Below are positions 8,833 through 15,459 of a stretch of 15,459 bases of DNA, piece by piece. The translations under genes were made by a program, and so were the position numbers. Under the pieces are notes generated by a model. It had not been told where the DNA came from and ran no database searches. It saw nothing but the letters and a program-made list of their open reading frames with translations. Positions within the stretch are counted from its first letter, which is position 1. Each line of letters starts with the position of its first letter. The DNA comes from Octopus sinensis (lineage: Eukaryota). The stretch lies in the NCBI RefSeq assembly GCF_006345805.1, contig NW_021825482.1, positions 1 through 15,459 of the forward strand, in the 5' to 3' direction.

Positions 8833-9264
8833 TTTTTGCGGTGTGTCTCTCTTGAGATGGCCTACCTAATGCATAGTAATAAGCGTATATTACTTCTTTA
8901 TACTCTTCTCGGTCCATTTGTTCCGCTTACATTTTTCTTCTGTGGTGGTTGTGGTGGTGAACTTGGAGGGCTCGAGTTGGGGGATTTCCCGTTCAAGTGA
9001 CCATCCATGTCCGTATTCGGAGAAGAGTTTGTGCCAGTTGATGACTTTTCGATCCCAGGCTGGCTCTTCCCCTGGGGGACGCGCTTCCAGATTAACCATA
9101 GGACAAGCGATTTGGTATACTGATTTAGTTTTCCTTTTAGTTTCCAAAAACATTTTGGTGCTACGATAATGTTATCATTTTTTTAGCTTTGATTGGCTCG
9201 TGGGGAGACGGCCATCATTGCCGTTACAATTATAATCGTACCATTATAGCAGCCGTAGTCGGCT
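8833..9264 (-). mobile_element. 5' end (UTR plus N-terminal ORF start) of an R4/Dong-like element, 3' part lost
   Basis: From ATG 9099: MVNLEARPPG...EEKCKRNKWT, then after a 1-nt frameshift near 8910, (R)EEYKEVIYAYYYALGRPSQERHT. KWT.EE...V..AYY resembles the Myb-like N-terminal motif of R4/Dong ORFs. The 5' flank is (AAT)n-like in the element's sense. Confidence 0.6.
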
Positions 9265-9445
9265 TATTATTGTTATTATCATCACCATTACCATCACTAT
9301 CATCATTATCACCACCATTACCATCATCATTATCATCATCACCATCACCATCACCACCATCATCATCAATGATATTGTTTTATGTGTAGTCACAGCAGTA
9401 ATCTTATTATTGTTATTTTGTTTTTTTTATCATTATCACCATCAC
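9265..9445. repeat. Degenerate (ATT/ATC/ACC)n tract
   Basis: Direct inspection. Confidence 0.85.
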
Positions 9446-9567
9446 AGTAGTGTCTGTCTGTCTCGTTGGGCTGCTGACTGTCCTTTTTTTTTTTTTTTTT
9501 TTAGGTGCGGTCCTATCGGTCAAAAAAGTTCAGATGTTTACTACTATTAGGCTTAAGAAAAATTAAG

Positions 9568-10604
9568 GAAGGGCTGTTCTGTATTGTTTGTGAATAGAGA
9601 AGTTGTGTTCGACCAGAGAGAATCGTAGCATCATCATTTTTTTTTTTTTTTCCACGTGCGTTTGTGTTATTGCAATAAAAAGTGTTTGTATATTTCCTGT
9701 AAGGTAATATTGTGGAGGTTGAAGTTGACTTTTCTAGAGATGTTGTATGTCCAGTTAGAAGAACAGGTGTTTTTTACAATAAAAGTATATGTTTACATTT
9801 ATATTTGAATATTCAGGGAGGAAGCAAAGAAAAGTCAGATTTTCATAGAAAGTTTTAGGGTTTTTTGTAAGTCCACAAAAAAAAAAAAGGAAAGGCGTGA
9901 TGTTTTTAGAGAAAGAAAAAAAAAAGGATGTTTACAGAGGCAATTGTGGGTATCAAATTTTTTAAAGCTGGTCGAATGTATGATTGAAAACTGTAGATAT
10001 GTAAATTTGTAAATTTTCTTAACTTATTTTGAAGGGCTGTTCTGTATTATTTCTGAATAGAGAAGCTGTGTTCGATCAGAGAGAATCTTAGCATCATTAT
10101 TTTTTCCATGTGGTCGTTTTGTTTATTGCAATAAAAAATGTTTTGTATATTTCGTGCTTATTTGAAGGGCTATTCTGTATTATTTGTGAATAGAGAAGCT
10201 GTGTTCGACCAGAGAGAATCTTAGCATCATATTTTTTCCATGTGCGTTTGTGTTATTGCAATAAAAGTGTTTGTATATTTCGTGCAAGGTAATATTGTGG
10301 AGGTTGAAGTTGACCCCTCTAGAGATGTTTGTATGTCCAGTTAGAGGAACAGGTGTGTTTTGCAATAAGATATATGTTTACATTTATATTTGAATATTCT
10401 GGGAGGAAGCAAAGAAAAGTCAGATTTTCATAGAAAGTTTTAGGGTTTTGCATGTCCACAAAAGAAAAGCGTGATATTTTTAGAGAGAAGAAAAAAAAAG
10501 GGTTGCTTACAGAGGCAGTTGTGGGTATTAAAGTTTTTAAGGCCGATCGGATGTATGTTTTTAAAGCTGCAGATATGTAATTTGTAAATTTCTTAACCCA
10601 CTTT
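9568..10604. repeat. Degenerate tandem repeat: 463-bp unit (9568-10030), 133-bp truncated unit (10031-10163), 441-bp unit (10164-10604)
   Basis: Each unit starts GAAGGGCT(G/A)TTCTGTATT. Units 1 and 3 align end to end with substitutions and homopolymer length changes. Confidence 0.9.
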
Positions 10605-10768
10605 GAAGAGAATTTCAAATACTCACGAGGTATTGTAGATGTTCCAGTCTTTGAGAGTTATTTTCCCTTGCTAAACTGGCCCATATTAGTGTTTCTATGG
10701 CTTTCAGCCACCGAACTGTCAGAGCACTGAGGAACACGTCCAGCCGCTGTCAAGGCTGGCGCTCTTCT

Positions 10769-11392
10769 AATAAAGAAAATGTAACCATTCTGTGGGACTT
10801 TCAGTACAACAGACCGAACCATCAAGGCCAATAAACCAGATATTGTTGTGAAAGACCAAAACAAATAAAGTTTGCTTATTGATCGACATGAGCATCCCTG
10901 TGATCATAATATCTCAGCGAAAGAGTTTGACAAGCTCAGAAAATATAAAGACCCTACTCATGAATTGAGAAAATGTGGCATCTCAAGGCGGTTACAATAC
11001 CAGTGATCGTAGGAGCACTAGGAATGATCAAGAAAACGGAACCGAAATTATATGAGAATGATCCCTGGCTTACCATCCCTGCAAGAAGTGCAAAAGATTG
11101 TCTTAACTGGTACATCACACGTATTGAGAAGAGCATTGTCGATGTGAGAACTGTTGCTGCTCATGCATTTTAATTTAACTTTAAAAAAAAAATAAAAAAA
11201 AATTAACGAACTACTGAGTTTGGTTAATGGCCTACAATATACACTATGAGTTTCTTTGCCCTAGGAGTCGGGAAGACACTCGGCAAGAAATGGAAGAAAA
11301 TTTGAAAGAAGAAAAAAAAAGTAATAATAATAATAATATAATAACATTAATAACATAACAATAAAAATAATAACAATAATAATAATAATAAT
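10769..11392 (+). mobile_element. R4/Dong-clade element, family B, copy 3 (3' ~550 bp, frameshifted) with (TAA)n tail 11322-11392
   Basis: Translates with frameshifts to VTILWDF..DRTIKANKPDIVVKD...LLID..SAKEFDKLRKYKD...MWHLKAVTIPVIVGALGMIKK...VLTGTSHVLRRALSM* (stop 11145-11147). The 3' UTR matches the 5531 and 6031 copies. The 5' junction lies at TAATAA (10768-10773). Confidence 0.9.
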
Positions 11393-11419
11393 TAATTATT
11401 ATTATTATTATTACTCATT

Positions 11420-11468
11420 AGTATGTATGTATGTAATGTATGTATGTATGTAATGTATATATATATAT

Positions 11469-11501
<33 letters not shown>

Positions 11502-11505
11502 ATAT
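11420..11505. repeat. (TATG)n/(TA)n microsatellite
   Basis: Direct inspection. Confidence 0.9.
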
Positions 11506-12320
11506 AATCTTCTTTTTAATTCTTTTGATTCTTCTCATGAGGAACGAATTGCGTGTTCTAATATAGAAATATCGATTTACATGTAGAACTTTAGCGGACC
11601 ATATTTTGCTATTCTTAGAACTGGTTGTATTTGGAAAGAGCATTAATGTGTGTCAATTCCTTCACTTTAAACCCCCCAATTTTCCTAATTGTCAGTTAAA
11701 ATCTTTATTAGCCAATAGTTATATATAGATACGTAATTAAAATGTAGACAGATACGTTATAGCTTGGTATGTATGCATGTTTCTTCTTCTTTACTATTAT
11801 TGTTGTTGTAATTATTATTATTATTATCATTATTGAGTGAGAGAGCAGTTCATGCCATCAAAGTGACACTGGGGTAAAATATACGAAGCCCAATATACCC
11901 ATCATAACTACCCGTCTGATAAGGGTACACCAAGCACATGCATCACAACCATATGTGCGCGACATAGTGATCTCATATCAAGATAAACACCACATGACCT
12001 TGCAGGTGGGGCCCAGTTAGAATTTTCTTCACGTCGAGTAGCCCATCTCGCTCAAAAGGTCCTTGAATAGGGGTTGTTTAAAGATGATGAACGAAACACC
12101 AATGTTTCCAGATGTGAATCATTCAAACCCCAAAGAATCCCTCTCAACACATGGCTATGATGCTTCCCCACTACTTCTGCTCGTGATCAGAGATGCACAT
12201 ATCGTCAGCCACTAAGGGACACGCTTAACTGGTTAAGGTCAAATAACTGACAAGCAAATCTGTGGTATTGAGCAGGATATTTGCTGTAGCCCATCTTTTA
12301 TACCAAGACAAAACAATGTA

Positions 12321-13568
12321 CGAGGGGCGTTCAATAAGTAATGCCCCTGACCCACTCCCCATAGCAGTAGAGCAACGACACTTGGCACAGTTATTAGTCT
12401 TTTCCTACATAGGAACTACCCAGAGTTATGCATTTCTCCCATCGTTTGATACAGCTCTGAAGACCGTTTTTGTAGAAGACCCCAGCTTGGTCCTCCAACC
12501 ACGACGTGACTTCAGAAATCAAGGCTGCATCATCTGGGAAACGCTTTCATTTCAAAATCAACTTCATGGCTGGGAAGAGGTGAAAATCAGAGGGTGCAAG
12601 GGGATGAGTTCATAGCTGCACGCCTGTGCTTCTGATCTGGCGACACGCGAGTTGTGGACCGGAGCGTTTGTCCTGCAGGGAGGAGATGGCTTTGCTGATC
12701 TTGCCCCCCTCTTGATTTTCATACTTCTCTTAATTTCCTCAAAAGTGAAGCATAATAGGCTTCTGTAATTGTGGTACCCTTTGCCAGGAAATCTGTCATC
12801 ACTACTCCGTCCTGGTCCCAGAAGACTGTGAGCATAACCTTGTCAGCGGAGGGCTGCACCCTTGCCTTCTTTGGAGGAGTGAGTCACGGTGCTTTCACTG
12901 CATTGACTGGGCTTTGGTCTCTGGATCATAGTGATGGACCCAGGTTTTATCCTGTGTGATCAGTCTTTTGAAAAATTTTGACTCATCTTCTTGGCACATC
13001 TCCAAATTCATCCTCGAGCACTCAACGCGTTCTTGCTTCTGGAAAGGTGTGAGCAACCTGGAATCCATCTGGCAGACACCTTTTGCATATGCAAATGGTC
13101 ATGAATGATAGTTTCCACAGACCCGGTACTAATCTTGACCTTATGGGCTATTTGGCGAATAGTTATGCGTTGACCTTCCAAATGGCAGCCTCGACTTGAC
13201 GGACAGACGTCTCATCAACGGCAGAGGGGGGCGACCAGATCTGGGAGCTGTTTCTACAGAGTTCCGACTATGTTGAATTCACAATGCCAGCGTTTTACAA
13301 GGTCATATGATGGGGCATCATCACCATAAGTTACTTTCATTTCATCAAAAGTCTCCCGTGGTGTGCGTCCTTTCAAATACAAAAACCAGATCACTGCTCG
13401 ACACTCAACAGGCTCCATTTCACACTTGACTCAATTCAAACACCTGTAAATCAGAAACCACAATTAGTTCAGAGCTGTAATTCGCCACTTAATCTATAGA
13501 GGTATAAATAAGTGCACATGCAAACAATTGCAAGTGGGTCAGAGGCATTACTTATTGAACACCCCTCG
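12321..13568 (-). mobile_element. Full-length Tc1/mariner DNA transposon (irritans/Himar1-like), 1248 bp
   Basis: 36-bp TIRs at 12321-12356 and 13533-13568 with 2 mismatches. TA duplication at 12319-12320 and 13569-13570. The empty site is seen at 4361-4370. Confidence 0.97.
12394..13418 (-). pseudogene. Mariner D,D34D transposase, inactivated by multiple frameshifts, stops and a deletion
   Basis: Manual translation: MEPVECRAVIWFLYLKG...RSGRP...ARWIP(R)LL...LITQDKTWVHHYDPETK...KVMLTVFWD...QDNAPVH...[HPPYSPD deleted]LAPSDFHLF...CIKRWEKCITLGSSYVGKD*. The QDNAPVH and HHYxPE motifs resemble Himar1. Confidence 0.93.
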
Positions 13569-13674
13569 TACATGATAACACTTCCAATCAGTTAAGATCA
13601 GAAGCCACGAGAGTTACTGCCTGGTACTGCATCAGGGCATTCAGATGTCACGCAAGCCACTGCCTGGTATTGCA

Positions 13675-13689
13675 TTATTATTGTTATTA

Positions 13690-13750
<61 letters not shown>
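13675..13750. repeat. (ATT)n array at the 5' flank of element E copy 2
   Basis: Direct inspection. Confidence 0.95.
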
Positions 13751-13751
<1 letters not shown>

Positions 13752-14119
13752 GACAATACGAAGAGCCCGATACGATTGCAATAGATATTTTACTGGTTGG
13801 ACGATATTTCGACAGCTTACTTGTCTTTGTCGAGTTCAAAACAAAAAGTGATACTTAGATTTGGATTACAAAACGGTATCATATTTTGAACATTAGAAAA
13901 GTCTCGTAGATTATTATTGCTCCACTTACAGATTGAATTTGGAAAGTGTTAGTCACTTTCGTTGCTTAAAAATCTGAGCCTTTCGAAATTCTCATTCAAA
14001 CATTTACTAACATCCCGAAGTGCTGTTATGGTTGTCAGTAAAAATGAGAATCGATAATCTGGGTACACTAGCTGCAAGTCTTAAAGCATTTGCGCGTATT
14101 TTTCACTGATCTTGGAAGA

Positions 14120-14620
14120 TATGTTTACTGCGCGTGTGCGTGCGTGCATGTGTGAGTGTGTAGGAATGTTGAATGTGTATATCTGTATCTTGCGTAACAG
14201 TGTTTGATGTTGTGCGGCAGTATGTAGGCGCATATGTGTATGCCTCGAGTGCGATGTGCATATGTGCATGGAGTATATACAAAATTAGAGAGGAATTGAA
14301 AAATATATAGGGTATTTGTGTCCTTATAGTTGCATGGTGTATTGTGTATTTATATGTATTATTGCGTAGCAGGCGGAATAAGTGTGCATCTGTCTATCAC
14401 GTCTGTGTATGTGTGAATGACTCCCTATGTATGTGTCCGTCATCGAGTCTTCGGTGTACTTGTATGTGTGTGTGTGTGACCGTTGCTGTGTTTTCAGTGT
14501 GTGTGCATGTATAGTTAAAGAATCAATAAGCGTGTACGTAGTATACATGCATGTGCGTGCGTACCTGTATGTATGCGTACATGCAAGAGTGTGAGTGTGT
14601 TGGTGTGTGTGTGAAATTTG
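14120..14620 (+). repeat. Degenerate (GT)n/(GTAT) low-complexity region
   Basis: Direct inspection. Confidence 0.8.
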
Positions 14621-14819
14621 AATGTTTGTATGAGTTTATTAGAGACAAATACTAAGAGACAGTGAATGAAAATGATGTCCATGAGAAATAAAATTATCAA
14701 GAAAAAAATTAATTCCTGTTTTCTTTTCAGAAACGAGAGTTTTGTGATCCAATATGCATCGCATCACCAAAAACAGACAGATGCTGATCGGAATAGTCCG
14801 AAGAACGGGAGTGACGTGA

Positions 14820-14992
14820 GACAGACGAATCGTTGCTGAGCGGGATGAGTTCAAATTCCGCCGTGATCGACTTTGTCTTTCATCCTTTCAAATTCAGCCG
14901 AGGTCGACTTTGTCTTTTGTCCTTTCGATGCAATCGACTTAACACTCTCCTTAAATCTCAGGCTTTGTGCCTACAATAGAAAGAATTATTAT
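14820..14992 (+). mobile_element. Rearranged SINE copy (OK-like family)
   Basis: B-box GAGTTCAAATTC, 37-bp internal tandem duplication (14850-14886 / 14887-14923), central deletion, 3' end GGCTTTGTGCCTACAATAGAAAGAATTATTATT. Confidence 0.8.
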
Positions 14993-15331
14993 TGGAGTGA
15001 CAAGATATATATTTATGATTCCGGCTGTATCGAACTATCGCTAAACTAGAATTCTTGAAGAAAAAAAAATCAAGCTCAATGATTCATATTACAGATGGAT
15101 GCGATATCTGCGACAATAAAAATTTGCAAGATCTGTTTAAAATTTTAATGATGAGTTGTTGTGCGAATGATGACGTAGAGAGCAAGAACCTATTTTTTTT
15201 CTATAATGCTGTATTACTTGCAACCGTCCTCACCGCAAAAAAACCTGGGCGAGGGTAAACCCTTTTAGTCACCGAGAATCCGACCATGCAACAGATTGTA
15301 TCGGATTCTATAAATCTATTACGTCCATTAC

Positions 15332-15337
<6 letters not shown>

Positions 15338-15381
<44 letters not shown>

Positions 15382-15459
15382 TAATATATCTATACATATA
15401 TATATATACACACACACGCAAATATATATATATATATAAAGAGAGAGAGGGTGAGAGGG
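15338..15459. repeat. (TA)n/(CA)n/(GA)n microsatellite running off the window end
   Basis: Direct inspection. Confidence 0.9.

Larger units (their letters stand above)
11835..13675 (-). mobile_element. Element 'E' copy 2 (11835-12320 + 13569-13675), interrupted by a mariner
   Basis: Homologous to 4074-4442. (ATT)n on both sides (11793-11834 and 13675-13750). No ORF or Pol III boxes recognised. Confidence 0.85.

Noticed and set aside
9483-9710. Poly-T AG acceptor at 9504 and AAG|GTAATA donor near 9703 as an exon
   Set aside because: The frames I translated hit stops early, and the donor is just part of the repeat unit. No independent support.
10593-10599. TTAACCC as a piggyBac left end
   Set aside because: No matching GGGTTAA right end or TIR in the window, and TTAA is part of the tandem-unit end.
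10954-11173. ORF-track products NWYITRIEKSIVDVRT (also 5771-5968 and 6196-6498) as a repeated novel peptide family
   Set aside because: This is the off-frame reading of the RLE C-terminus (LTGTSHVLRRALSM), repeated because the element is repeated.
12262-12959. Plus-strand ORFs 12262-12615 and 12771-12959
   Set aside because: They are antisense read-through of the mariner transposase pseudogene and element E.
13751-13860. Possible decayed SINE head (GAGTTCAAA at ~13832)
   Set aside because: Similarity beyond the 9-mer is too weak to support.
15055-15258. 67-aa ORF with CDIC and CC
   Set aside because: No recognisable domain, homopolymer-derived K/F runs and weak splice signals.

Overview
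Eukaryotic, AT-rich, microsatellite-saturated DNA that is intergenic or intronic. It is very likely from an octopus, inferred from my recollection of octopod tRNA-derived SINE families rather than from a search. I can support no intact host gene, rRNA, tRNA or CRISPR array, and most listed ORFs are microsatellite artefacts. The window is mostly mobile-element debris: (1) five fragments of R4/Dong-clade non-LTR retrotransposons with a restriction-like endonuclease (RLE): one family-A 3' end, three family-B 3' ends and one isolated 5'/N-terminal piece, nearly all bordered by (TAA)n; (2) two copies of an unnamed non-coding element (about 0.6 kb, here 'E'), also bordered by (TAA)n; (3) a full-length dead irritans-type mariner (1248 bp, 36-bp TIRs, TA duplication) nested in one E copy, with the empty site visible in the other copy; (4) a mariner MITE; (5) six tRNA-derived SINE copies or fragments; (6) a degenerate 463/133/441-bp tandem repeat. 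The most interesting pattern is an apparent (TAA)n-targeting retroelement system. Four elements are stacked head-to-tail in one (ATT)n array, they show recurrent tandem duplications at their 5' junctions, and two otherwise unalignable families share a CCCWAGG-N13/14-CTCGG 3'-UTR motif at the same distance (38-39 nt) from the tail. An unexplained hairpin-dense segment at 8354-8696 also deserves follow-up.
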